Shown: positions 49,445 to 59,328, counted from the first letter of the stretch. The stretch is 64,000 bases of DNA from an uncultured Candidatus Rokubacteria bacterium (GCA_963805625.1 CAWDVE010000010.1:2080001-2144000), one strand, 5' to 3'. Made by a program: numbers and translations. The notes: generated from the sequence alone by a model not told the origin.

Positions 49445-49693
49445 TTACCTGAAGACGCCGAAGGCCCGCAGGATGACGATCAGCACGACCGCTCCGACCA
49501 GCGAGACAATCCAGTTCGCCAGGGTGCCAGGTGCGGCGATGCCAAGGGCGCCGGCGGCCCAGTGCCCGATGAGGGACCCAACCACGCCGACCACGATGTT
49601 CGCGATCAGCCCCATCTGGGCGTCGGTCTTCATCATCTGGCTGGCCAGCCAGCCGATGACGCCACCGATGATGATGGCCACGATGAAGGCCAG
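49445..49693 (-). CDS. GlsB/YeaQ/YmgE (transglycosylase-associated) stress membrane protein
   Basis: IIIGGVIGWLASQMMKTDAQMGLIANIVVGVVGS..SLVGAVVLI. SD ggaggtg followed by in-frame CTG 49693. Confidence 0.88.
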   Translation of the reverse strand: MAFIVAIIIGGVIGWLASQMMKTDAQMGLIANIVVGVVGSLIGHWAAGALGIAAPGTLANWIVSLVGAVVLIVILRAFGVFR

Positions 49694-49727
49694 GGTTCAC
49701 CTCCCATTGTGTGAGGGCGGTGACGAT

Positions 49728-50897
49728 CTATTCTCGTCGTTTCAGCAGGTCCGCCACCAGCCCTGCACTGCCTGTGTGTTCCAGCCAGTGGCGATACCCG
49801 ACGGACAGGATCGCGACGGTCGGAATCGCCAGAAAGATTCCCGACACGCCTGCCAACGCCGCGCCGCACAAGACCGCCACGATCACCGCGAACGGATGGA
49901 GGGGCATGCCGTGTCCGATGATGCGCGGGTAGACGACGTAGTCGTGAACGATGCGCACAATGCCCAAGAATACGACGACTTCGAGGACTTGCTTCATCGA
50001 GGAGACACTGGCGATCAGCGTCACGATCAGCGCGACGACGAGCGGGCCGAGCAGCGGAATGAATTCGAGGAGGCCCGAGACGATGCCCAGCACGAGGGCG
50101 TAACGCACGCCGATGAGGGAGAAGCCGATGGTGCAGATCGTGCCGATCAACAGGCAGGCGATCAGCTGCGCACGGATGTACACGGCCAAGGTCGCGTTGA
50201 TGTCCTGAAGGAGCTCGCGGCCGCGCCAGCGCCAACGCCCCTGTGGGAGCGTCTGCAACGCGATCGCCCGAAAGCTGGCCGAGTCTTTCAGGAGGAAAAA
50301 GGCGAGAATCGGTATCAACAGGAGCCACGGGAGAAACCCGAGCAGTTGGATGAGGACGTTGCCGAGTCCCTCCGTCACATACGTCCCTGCGATTTCGACC
50401 GCGTGCGTCGCACTCTTGTTGATGGCATCGCGGACGGTGGCTGGAAGCCGGTACTCTTCATAGGAGGTGGTCCACCCGAGCACCCGCGAGCGCGCACGAT
50501 CGAGGTACATCGGCGCCTCCCGTGCGAACTGAGTGATCTGAGTGCCAACTTGGGGGAGCAAGAGGGCGGCCGCGAGCGCAAGGGCCCCGAGGATGAGGAG
50601 ATACACGACGCCAATGGCCAGCGCACGGGGCATGGCGTGCGCACGTCCTCGCACAGTGAACGGACGGCACGCAAACTCCACCAGCGGCGCCAGCAGATAG
50701 GCGAAGAAGATCGCCAGCACGACGAGCAGGATCACGCCTCTGAGCGCGTAGAGAAGCCACATGGTCGCCGCAACAACCAGCAACATGAAGATCACACGCA
50801 AGAGGGCCCGCGTCTGTGACCATGACGCACCCGCCACGGCCGTCGTGGCGGGGTCCCCGACCTCTTTCGTATCGCTCACGACTGCGCTCCGCAGCAA
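49728..50897 (-). CDS. AI-2E family transporter
   Basis: FFAYLLAPLV, PILAFFLLKD, YIRAQL, LLEFIPLLGP, YPRIIG..LHP, GIFLAIP. Confidence 0.92.
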   Translation of the reverse strand: MLRSAVVSDTKEVGDPATTAVAGASWSQTRALLRVIFMLLVVAATMWLLYALRGVILLVVLAIFFAYLLAPLVEFACRPFTVRGRAHAMPRALAIGVVYLLILGALALAAALLLPQVGTQITQFAREAPMYLDRARSRVLGWTTSYEEYRLPATVRDAINKSATHAVEIAGTYVTEGLGNVLIQLLGFLPWLLLIPILAFFLLKDSASFRAIALQTLPQGRWRWRGRELLQDINATLAVYIRAQLIACLLIGTICTIGFSLIGVRYALVLGIVSGLLEFIPLLGPLVVALIVTLIASVSSMKQVLEVVVFLGIVRIVHDYVVYPRIIGHGMPLHPFAVIVAVLCGAALAGVSGIFLAIPTVAILSVGYRHWLEHTGSAGLVADLLKRRE

Positions 50898-50915
50898 AGC
50901 CGGCCCGCGCCGCCT

Positions 50916-51110
50916 CTACTTCTTCTTGAGTGTGTCGACGGCCTGGTCGATCCGCTCGCCAGCCTTTTCGAGTGGTCCCTTCCCGCTCAACTTGTCCAGA
51001 GCTTTGTCGAGCTTCTCACCCACCTTCTCGGCCGGCCCTTTCTCGCACCCCACCACGACACCGCTTCCCATCAACCCGAGGCAGACCGCCCCTACGACGA
51101 ACTGGTTCAT
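50916..51110 (-). CDS. Small stress-type lipoprotein with a GPAEKAGEKID-like repeat
   Basis: VVVGC-EKGPAEKVGEKLDKA..KGPLEKAGERIDQA. SD aggag. Confidence 0.75.
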   Translation of the reverse strand: MNQFVVGAVCLGLMGSGVVVGCEKGPAEKVGEKLDKALDKLSGKGPLEKAGERIDQAVDTLKKK

Positions 51111-51342
51111 CACGTCTCTCCTGTCTCTCAACAAGCGGACGCGTTTGAGGACTCGCTCGGGCGTGGGCGGGGCCGACAGCGGTGTTCGAGTGTTCTGCGA
51201 TCGAACCCAAGACCGCTGATCGCGCCCTCGTCCGCCTGTGGCGGTGACCACCGGCCTTCCCGCCGTAACTTGTACGAGACCTCGCCGGGCCAGCGGCACC
51301 TTCCCGGGACCGTCGAGCTGCCCGGGATCCAATGTCTCGTCC

Positions 51343-51486
51343 TCATAGTCGGCCCGATAGGGCCAAGATAATGAGAATGAGAACGACGAGACCGACGCCA
51401 CCTCCCAGGTACGGGCCGCCATACCGCCAACCGCCAGGGACACCGACAACAAGCAGCACGATGAGGATGATGAGCAGTAGATTCAT
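51343..51486 (-). CDS. DUF3309-like small membrane protein (47 aa, not in the ORF track)
   Basis: MNLLLIILIVLLVVGVPGGWRYGGPYLGGGVGLVVLILIILALSGRL. SD aaggagg. Confidence 0.75.
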   Translation of the reverse strand: MNLLLIILIVLLVVGVPGGWRYGGPYLGGGVGLVVLILIILALSGRL

Positions 51487-51941
51487 GGCCTGGCCTCCTT
51501 CAGAGCTGATTGGAGTGATCCGACTGGCTTCGTGATGGCGTCGGCAATCGGCTGCGAGCTGTATTTCGGGCAGTAGGCACTCGCGGTCTGCGACGCTTGC
51601 ACCAACTCCTGATCCGTCCGATAGCTATAGCTCTGGCTGGGAGGGATCGGCGCCGGCGCCGGAACCGCGGTCCGCACGCATTCAAAGAGCACGGCTTTAC
51701 TTCCGTCTGGATTGTTCGTCAGGCTGACGGTTCGCGGGACCGTCTGATACTGACTGCAATACGTCGTCCCGTTCTGGTTGGCCTGAAGCAGTTCCCGGTC
51801 AGTTCGGTAGTTGTAGGTCACGCTCGGGTTGCTCGACTGCACCGGCTGTTGCGACGAGGGAAAGGTCGCACAGGCCGCAAAGGCCCCGGCCGCGAACAAT
51901 GCGACTGCCGACACGTTCACCCAGCGAGCGATCCTGACCAT
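51483..51941 (-). CDS. Lipoprotein with a duplicated YxYRTDxEL..YC module
   Basis: FAAC lipobox. YNYRTDRELLQANQNGTTYCSQY / YSYRTDQELVQASQTASAYCPKY. SD ggagg. Confidence 0.75.
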   Translation of the reverse strand: MVRIARWVNVSAVALFAAGAFAACATFPSSQQPVQSSNPSVTYNYRTDRELLQANQNGTTYCSQYQTVPRTVSLTNNPDGSKAVLFECVRTAVPAPAPIPPSQSYSYRTDQELVQASQTASAYCPKYSSQPIADAITKPVGSLQSALKEARP

Positions 51942-52036
51942 CTGAAGTCCTCCGTCACTCTTTCGGTGTCGAGACCATGGAAGTCACCCGGCTCAGCTTC
52001 GGAGTAGAAGCTCCTGGCAGTCACATCAGATCTCAG

Positions 52037-52076
52037 ATTGTATGAGTACACTCGTACACTAGTACGATTCCGTCAA
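52037..52076 (-). promoter_or_regulatory. Stress-island promoter motif copy 2
   Basis: Minus strand TTGACG-N14-TACGAGTGTACTCATACAAT. Confidence 0.6.
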
Positions 52077-52141
52077 GCGGCCGCAGAACCGCATGGAAGG
52101 TCAGAGGCTCGGCCGGCGGCTCCCCGCTGGCGCCATGGCAC

Positions 52142-52182
52142 TTGACAGGATCGAAGGACTGTATCACTGTACTAGGACAGTG
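52142..52182 (+). promoter_or_regulatory. Stress-island promoter motif copy 3
   Basis: TTGACA-N14-TATCACTGTACTAGGACAGTG, upstream of the DUF3309 gene at 52216. Confidence 0.75.
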
Positions 52183-52215
52183 GCAGTTGAACGATGAAGG
52201 AGGAAGGATACGCTG

Positions 52216-52371
52216 ATGATTACCATGGTTCTCCTATTTGTCCTGATCCTCGCGCTCCTCGGAACGCTCCCGACGTGGGGGCACAGCCGGAACTGGGGCT
52301 ATGGACCGAGTGGCGGCGTCGGCGTCGTGCTCGTGATTCTTCTCGTCCTGTTCTTGTCTGGCCGTATCTAA
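52216..52371 (+). CDS. DUF3309-family small membrane protein (51 aa, not in the ORF track)
   Basis: MITMVLLFVLILALLGTLPTWGHSRNWGYGPSGGVGVVLVILLVLFLSGRI. SD aggaggaagg. Confidence 0.88.
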   Translation: MITMVLLFVLILALLGTLPTWGHSRNWGYGPSGGVGVVLVILLVLFLSGRI

Positions 52372-52909
52372 GGGCGGCCGCGAGTCACAGGCTGACAGAG
52401 CCCAGTCCTGGTCCGCCAGACACCTGACGACGCCGTTCGAGCGCGTCATCAGAGGGGCGCGTCCCGTATCCGGAACGAGCCAGTCACCTGGGCGTTGGCT
52501 CGAATACTGTGGCGCCAGTCGTCGAGGATCCTGGGCAGAACGGACGCGGCCGGGAGGACCCGGCACGGCACCGAAGCCGGGCTGGTGTGGACTGAGGCCG
52601 TCCCCAAGCGGGTAAGCCGACAACCCGCGGGACCCCGGAAAGGGGGAGCCGTAGCCGAGAGCGGCGTTGACAGTGCCAGCGACGGCGGCATCCCCTGACC
52701 TGACGGTCCACACGACTCAATGACGGAGGGACGAGGACTCTGCGTGTGGGGCAGGAACCCGACGGCCCGATGACTCTCCTCGCCGAAGCCGCTGCTTCTC
52801 GGACGGCCCACGTCGAACCTGCGAGTCGAGCCGGCGTGGCTCGCGAGCGGCTCCGGGCCGTCACCCCTCGCCTGGGCGACGGCCGCTCCCTGCGGCCGGG
52901 TGGCTCCGT

Positions 52910-55152
52910 GTGACGTGGGCCCGCGTGGCCGCGAGGCTGATGGCCGCGTGGTGGCGTAGTGCGGCCTGCGTCGCGGCGCCGCTCCTAGCCCTGCTCCTCC
53001 TGCCCGTGATGGGTCTCGCCTACCACGTCTTCGTCGACCGCCGCGGACTGCCCGACATCGAGCCCTTCATCCGCTTCACGCCCCCGGCGATCGGCGAGGT
53101 CTATGACGCCCAGGGCACGGTGCTCATCAGGCTGGCGCGGGAATATCGGCGCGTCGTGTCCTACGACGAGATCCCGCCCGTCCTCCGACACGCCATCCTC
53201 TCGGCCGAGGACAAGAACTTTTTCACCCACGCCGGCGTCGACTACCGCGCCTTGCCCCGGGTGCTGCAGAAGGGCGCGCGCGCTCCCTGGCCGGGTGGGG
53301 CACCGGCGACGCGGGGTTCCGGATGCTCCTCGGTCAAGGGGGATCGACGCTCACGCAGCAGCTCGTCCGCGGCTACTTCCTCCAGAGCCTGACCAGCCGC
53401 GAGGGTGCCGACGTGCTGGTCCGCGACGGCCTGACGCCACGCCTCCTCTCCACGGCCCTCGGCATCTCCGCCACCAACAAGCTCCTGCGGAAGCTGGAGG
53501 AGGTCCGCCTGGCCCTCTGGCTCGAGGCGGAGATGCGGCGGCACTACGGCTCGCAGGCGAGCGCCAAGCGCGAGATCTTCGCGCGCTACGCCAGCTTCAT
53601 CTACCTGGGCAACGGCCGTTACGGCTTCGCCGCGGGCAGCGAATACTACTTCGGCAAGCCGCTCTCGAGCTACGAGCCTGAGGACGCAGGGAAGGCGGCG
53701 CTCCTGGCCGGGATCATGAAGTCGCCCCGAGACTACGCCCCCGTCCCTGGTGATCCGAGACCGCTGCGCCGCCGCAACCAGATCCTGGCCCTGATGGCGC
53801 GCAACGGCTACATCTCCGAGGCTCTCGCGACGCGGGGCCAGGCAGAGCCGATCCGCATCACGGTCCGCAGCGCGGTGAAGACCCACGCCCCCGCGGCGAT
53901 CGAGCACGTCTTCGACGAGCTGAAGCGCCACGGCGGCGCGCGCTTCGGGGTCGGCGACTTGGTGCAGGGGCGGATCTCGGTCCGCTCCACGGTGGAAGAG
54001 CGCGTCCAGACCACGTCGTCAACGAGGCCCTGGAGACGGGCCTCGCGCGCTACGAGCGGCGCCACCCGAGCGCGAAGGGGCTGATCCAGGGCTCAGTGGT
54101 CGTACTGCGGAACGCGGATGGGGCGATCCTGGCCGAGGCGGGCGGCCGGACAAGTCTACCAGGACCGGTACATCCGTTATTCTGACTACAATCGCGTCAC
54201 CGACTCGCGGCGCCAGGCGGGGTCGGCATTCAAGCCACTCCTCTACCTCGCCGCGTTCCGCCAGGGCCTCGACCTCGACACCACGGTCCCCGACGAGCCC
54301 ATCGGCGTGCCTTTGGGTGCCAACGACGGCGTGAAGTGGATCACGAACTACGACAAGCGGTTCAACGGTCTGATTCCCGTTCGCCAGGCGCTGGCCGAGT
54401 CGCGCAATGCGGTGGCCGTCTGGCTCGCCCGGGAGATCGGCGTGGGCGAGATCATCCAGACGGCCCGCGAGCTAGGGATCCACACGCCGCTCCAGCCCTA
54501 TCTCAGCACGGCGCTCGGGGCGTCCGAGGTCGCGCTCCTCGAGCTGGCGAGCGCCTACCGGGCCATCGCGTCAGAGGTCCTGGCCGAGCCCTACATCATC
54601 GCGCGCGTGCACGACGCCTCCGGTGGAGTCCTCTACGAGGCCCCTCGCCGCGTCCGGGAGATTGGGTCCCCGAACCTGCGTCTGATCCAGGAGGGGCTGC
54701 GGGGCGTGGTCCGCCTCCCGAGCGGCACCGCTCATGCCCTCGACGGGCGCGAGTTTCCGATCCCGGTGATGGGGAAGACCGGCACCACCAGCGACTTCCG
54801 AGACGCGCTCTTTGTGGGCTCGACCTACGGCCGGTCGGGGATCACCGTGGCGGTGCGGATCGGCTTCGACGACAACCGCGTGCTGGGTGACCAAGAAACC
54901 GGGGGGCGCGCCGCGCTCCCGATCTTTCGCGAGATCATGCTCCGGGTCCACCGCGACGAGCTGATGGGGCCGGTGCCGGAGTTCCCCCTGGCGATCGAGC
55001 AAGGGATCGACCAGTACCTCGCGCGGCGAGCCGCGCGGGAGACAGGCCGCCAGGAGCCGTCGCGGCCCGCTCGCGACGACGGGCGCATCGCCCCGCCTTC
55101 CGCTACCCCATCGGTGACGTTCGCCGACACGCTTCTGCACCACTCCCGGTAA
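52910..55152 (+). CDS. Class A penicillin-binding protein (transglycosylase + transpeptidase), three frameshifts at about 53280, 54010 and 54150
   Basis: SAEDKNFFTHAGVD, QGGSTLTQQL, RKLEE, IYLGNGRYG, SxxK (GSAFKP), SxN (ESRN), KTG (GKTGTT). Confidence 0.88.
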
Positions 55153-55276
55153 CCGGCAGCTGCCCTCTCCCCGCCGTCGCCGGCCCTTCGCTCGTTCTGA
55201 AGTCGTGCCTTAAGCCTTGGGGGCCGGAGTCGTCACAATGGTCACGAGCGGCCGCGTCGTGAGGCACATCGCAATC

Positions 55277-55306
55277 TTGACAAGGGGAATCGACCAGCGC
55301 TAGTCT
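55277..55306 (+). promoter_or_regulatory. Sigma-70-type promoter upstream of the diguanylate cyclase
   Basis: TTGACA-N18-TAGTCT. Confidence 0.5.
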
Positions 55307-55527
55307 GGCCGCGATCCCCGCGATCGAATTGTCTCCGCAGAAGGGGGAGACGCCGATGTCAAAGGATCGCGCGAGCTACGGCGATTTCGCCAGCCTCGTT
55401 CCTCCCTCTGTGTGTTTCGTTTCGCGTCTGACTCACGTCGCGCGTTGGGGTTGCGCCGACGCATCCGGTGAGGCCAACTCAATTTGCTCGCGGTCTCGTT
55501 CTGCCTGTAGGGAAAAGGGTCCCGCAA

Positions 55528-57015
55528 ATGCCCGATGAGAGCACCAAGCCCACCAAGCGCACGTCGGCGCAAGAGAGGTTGCGGGCATCCGAACTTCGTT
55601 ACCGCCGGCTGTTTGAAGCCGCCCGAGACGGGATACTCATTCTCGATGCCGCCTCGAGAAGAATCACCGACACGAATCCCTACATGGTGGAGTTGCTGGG
55701 TTTCTCGCGCGACGAACTCATTGGGAAGGAGCTCTGGGAAATCGGTTTGCTTACGGATGCTCAAGCCAGCCAGGACGCTTTTCGAGAATTGGAGCGGAAA
55801 GGTTATATCCGTTACGAACACTTACCGCTCCGAACCACTGAGGGGAAAACCCGGGAAGTAGAGTTTGTCAGCAACGTCTATAGGGAAGACGGCCATCAAG
55901 TCATTCAATGCAACGTTCGCGACATCACCGATCGCAAACACGCGGAGGAACTCGTCCGCCAGACCAATGACGAGCTGATGGCGTTGGTGGCTGAACTGCA
56001 GCGGCGCGACAGAGAAATGCAGTTGCTCAATCACATGACTGATCTGCTTCAGGCCTGCAATACGCAGGAGGAGGCCTACCATGTGATTGCGATGGAGGCG
56101 GGGGAACTCTTCGCCGGGCAGAGCGGCTGTGTCGCGATGTTGCAGGCGTCGGGTCAGCATCTTGAGACGGTCGCGCTCTGGGGCGATAAGGCGACAGTGG
56201 AGTCCAGTTTCGCATTGGAAGAGTGTTGGGCGCTCCGGCGCGGGAGTCCTCATGAAGTCATCGATCCCCGGGCTCGGTGGCTGTGCACGCATTTTGTCCA
56301 TCCAATAGAGACGGACTACTTGTGTGTGCCGTTGATGGTGCAGGGGGAAATATTGGGGCTGCTGTGTCTCGTCGGTGCGGCCGCGAGGCGAGGACCCCGT
56401 CAGGTTAGCCACCAACAACTCGCCGTGATGGCCGGCGAATCGATCAAGCTGTGTTTGGCCAACTTGAAGCTGCGCACGAAGCTGCACGAACAAGCGACCC
56501 ATGATTCCCTGACCGGGCTGTTCAACCGGCGCTACTTGGAAGACACGCTGTGGCGCGAGCTGCATCGGGCTCACCGCCGGAATGCCCCCCTGGGAGTCGC
56601 GATGCTCGACCTCGATCACTTCAAGCGGTTCAACGATACGTTTGGGCACGATGCCGGCGACTCGCTGTTACGCGAACTGGGGCAGCTGCTGCGTGAGAAG
56701 CTGCGGAAGAGCGATATTGCATGCCGCTATGGTGGCGAGGAGTTTGTGCTCATCCTGGCGGATTCCTCGCTGGAGGACACTCGGCAACGTGTGGAACAGA
56801 TCCGCGGACTGATCAAGGAACTGAAGATTCGCCACGGCGACCAACGACTCGCTCCGATCGCCGTGTCGGCCGGCGTGGCCGCGGCGCCTGAACACGGCGC
56901 CACCGCGCCTGACTTACTGCGCGCGGCTGACAATGCCCTGTATGCCGCCAAGCAGGGCGGACGCGACCGCGTCGTGGTCTACCAAGCGACACAGTCATCG
57001 TTCGGTCAGCCTTGA
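55528..57015 (+). CDS. PAS-GAF-GGDEF diguanylate cyclase
   Basis: SELRYRRLFE PAS, a GAF-like region, HDSLTGLFNRRY, DLDHFKRFNDTFGHDAGD, I-site RKSD, RYGGEEF. Confidence 0.95.
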   Translation: MPDESTKPTKRTSAQERLRASELRYRRLFEAARDGILILDAASRRITDTNPYMVELLGFSRDELIGKELWEIGLLTDAQASQDAFRELERKGYIRYEHLPLRTTEGKTREVEFVSNVYREDGHQVIQCNVRDITDRKHAEELVRQTNDELMALVAELQRRDREMQLLNHMTDLLQACNTQEEAYHVIAMEAGELFAGQSGCVAMLQASGQHLETVALWGDKATVESSFALEECWALRRGSPHEVIDPRARWLCTHFVHPIETDYLCVPLMVQGEILGLLCLVGAAARRGPRQVSHQQLAVMAGESIKLCLANLKLRTKLHEQATHDSLTGLFNRRYLEDTLWRELHRAHRRNAPLGVAMLDLDHFKRFNDTFGHDAGDSLLRELGQLLREKLRKSDIACRYGGEEFVLILADSSLEDTRQRVEQIRGLIKELKIRHGDQRLAPIAVSAGVAAAPEHGATAPDLLRAADNALYAAKQGGRDRVVVYQATQSSFGQP

Positions 57016-57049
57016 CCGGTGCCGCGACGCGGTGCCGGCGGCGAGCCTC

Positions 57050-57135
57050 ATGGCCGCCCTCGTCGAGGAGGCGCGACGCCGGGGGCGGCCACGCGATCGA
57101 GCGATCTTTCTTCTCCTGCGCTTTACCGGCATTGG
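57050..57135 (+). pseudogene. Tyrosine recombinase/integrase fragment
   Basis: MAALVEEARRRGRPRDRAIFLLLRFTGI matches box I (RDxAi..ll..TG.R). It breaks at the catalytic Arg. Confidence 0.6.
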
Positions 57136-57353
57136 ACATAGGCGTCCCGCGGGCCCAGTTCGTGGTCCTCGGTGCGGATCGACTGTGGAGCACCCTTACC
57201 CAGCGGGTCGCGAACCGGGCACCAGGGAGCATCGCGATCCTTCTGATCCCGGGCACGAGGACGCAGCCGAGTGCGGGGCGCAGCGCGCGAGCAGAGGGAG
57301 GGTTGTCCAGCGGGCCGAGGAAGGTGCATCTCACCTCCGGCGCCAGCCGGCGG

Positions 57354-58358
57354 TCAGCCTCCCCCGCCCCGGGGGCGGCCGACGTCGCGGACGGTCCCGC
57401 TCCCCTCGAGGGGTGACGACGCCGGCCCGTCGAGGGCGATCTCCGCCAGCACCCCGTAGTGATCCGACGGCCACCGGACCTTGCCTGGTCCGCTCGGCTC
57501 GTGGAGGACCACGCGGCTCCCGACCACCCGGCCGGGCACCCGCTGTCCCGGCGCGAGGAACACGTAGTCGATCCGTCGACGAGCGGTTGACCGCGCGACC
57601 TCCACGTCCTGCCCGTCGGTGAAGCCGGGCGCCCCTGGGTTCACGAGCGCGAACGCATCCACGAAGCCGGCGTCGTGCGTGAGAAGCCTCACGGCCGGCG
57701 AGGTGTGGGGCGCGTTGAAGTCCCCCATCACCACGGTAGGGAGCGGCCCCGCGTTCGCCCGGACGAGGTCGGCAACCGCGCGCGCCTGGCAGACATCCCC
57801 GGACGTGTGGGCCGAGAAGGCGGCGAGCTGACCGCCGGGGGTCTCGAGCTCCGCGAAGACGACCACGCGCACGTCGAACGGCCGCCCGCAGCGCGGCAGC
57901 TCGTAGGCTCGCCAGCGCGTAATCGGGAACCGGCTCAGGAGCGCGGGGCCTTCGGTGAAGCCAAGCACCGACGCCACCGCCCCGCGCATGTGCTCGCTCC
58001 CGAACGGCTTGGTCGCGGCGGGCGCGTAGACGTAGTGGTATCCGAGGGCCACCGCCAGGCGGGCTGGCACGTTCCCACGGTGCCGGCCCGTCGACGCTTC
58101 CTGGAGTCCCACGACGTCGGCATGGAGGGCGCGAAGCCCCTCCACGGCCAGGCGGAGTCGCCCCTCGAGCGCCTCGTCGTCGCCGGTGAGCTCCGAGAAG
58201 ATCCCGCCGTGCAGGAGATTGAACGTCACGAAGCGGAGCGTGAGCGGCGCCGGGCCCGCGGGTCGCTCCGGGACAATGATGCCGGAGCCGGCTCCGAGAA
58301 TGCCCAGCGCCGCCCCCGCGACGATCAGCGTGCCGCCGACCCTCGCCATGGGCTCCAC
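57354..58358 (-). CDS. Endonuclease/exonuclease/phosphatase (EEP) family protein, N-terminally anchored
   Basis: FVTFNL, DVVGLQE, LLSRFPI, VMGDFN, RIDYVF, PSDHYGV. Confidence 0.92.
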   Translation of the reverse strand: MEPMARVGGTLIVAGAALGILGAGSGIIVPERPAGPAPLTLRFVTFNLLHGGIFSELTGDDEALEGRLRLAVEGLRALHADVVGLQEASTGRHRGNVPARLAVALGYHYVYAPAATKPFGSEHMRGAVASVLGFTEGPALLSRFPITRWRAYELPRCGRPFDVRVVVFAELETPGGQLAAFSAHTSGDVCQARAVADLVRANAGPLPTVVMGDFNAPHTSPAVRLLTHDAGFVDAFALVNPGAPGFTDGQDVEVARSTARRRIDYVFLAPGQRVPGRVVGSRVVLHEPSGPGKVRWPSDHYGVLAEIALDGPASSPLEGSGTVRDVGRPRGGGG

Positions 58359-58524
58359 CCTCCGCGCGGTCGATCGGGCCGGCGCCTACTTCCTGGGCTT
58401 GTCGCCGCTGAAAAGGCCGATGACCCTGTGCCCAGCGTACTTGATCGCGCTCCGCGGGGCCTCGCCGAAATGCCTCACGCTTCAGCCCGGCAGGCCGTCG
58501 AGGGACAGCCCGCCTCCCTTGAGG

Positions 58525-58667
58525 AACTGGCGCAACCGGCGTCTCACGTCCGCAGGAGAGGGGAAGTTGGATCAGGTGGGGGAAAGGTGAAGGGAACAGC
58601 GGAGAGGGCGGTGGATACAGTCAAGGACGCTCTGACAGGCAACAGAACCGAGCGCCCGGCCAAGTGA
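58525..58667 (+). pseudogene. CsbD-family remnant
   Basis: NRRL..EGKLDQVG, then after a 1-nt shift in a G run GKVKGTAERAVDTVKDALTG. No intact 5' end. Confidence 0.6.
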
Positions 58668-58821
58668 TGAGAGTGGACCGACAGATAGCGGGGAGTGGAG
58701 GCCGAATAGCAATAGCCCGCCATCTCGGCGCTCTCGCCTTTGCGTTCTCTGCGCATGAAGTCGCGGCCCCCGGCTGGCGCCCCGGGCGGGCCTGGCGGTG
58801 GTCAGCCGGGGGTGAGCTGCG

Positions 58822-59094
58822 TCACGATCCGGCGGGCGCCCGGGTCCTCGGGGCCATCGCGTGCCGCTCGAGCTCCCAGAGATGGAAACACTCGACGTGC
58901 AGTTGGAGCGGTTTCCGGCCCTCGGCCAGGCTGATGCCCTCGATCACCCACTCATCCTTGGTGATGATGATCTCGCACGCGTCGCAGCTCTCCCCGTTGC
59001 CGGGGCCGCCCCAGACCCGGGGGATGCTGTTCGTCGGGAGCGTGCCGTTCGCGAGCTTGTGACGGATGAGCAGCTGGAGACTGTGTTGCTGCAT
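58822..59094 (-). CDS. Small CxxC..HxxC putative zinc-binding protein
   Basis: IRHKLANGTLP..RVWGGPGNGESCDAC..LHVECFHLWELER, recalled as an expanded family in Rokubacteria. Confidence 0.75.
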   Translation of the reverse strand: MQQHSLQLLIRHKLANGTLPTNSIPRVWGGPGNGESCDACEIIITKDEWVIEGISLAEGRKPLQLHVECFHLWELERHAMAPRTRAPAGS

Positions 59095-59328
59095 GAGATC
59101 CCCCGGTGTCCACGCGGCGCACGACGCCAGATTCACCGGGGTCTTGACGCCAGACGCGTCACCCAAGAGGCCGGGGTGCAGGCACCGCTGAGGGTAGCAC
59201 GCGCGGCGGATTGGCGATACGGGCCCTGGGACCCCGCGTCGGCTCCGACCCACGCCGGATGGCCGTCTGGCGCCCGTCGCCGGGCCGCGGTAGGGTCGGG
59301 CGGGGTAATCACATGGAGGGGGTCCACG

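Noticed and set aside
55307-55527. c-di-GMP riboswitch ahead of the cyclase
   Set aside because: I could not find the class I (GGCAAAC..GAAA..GACGCAAAG) or class II consensus by eye.
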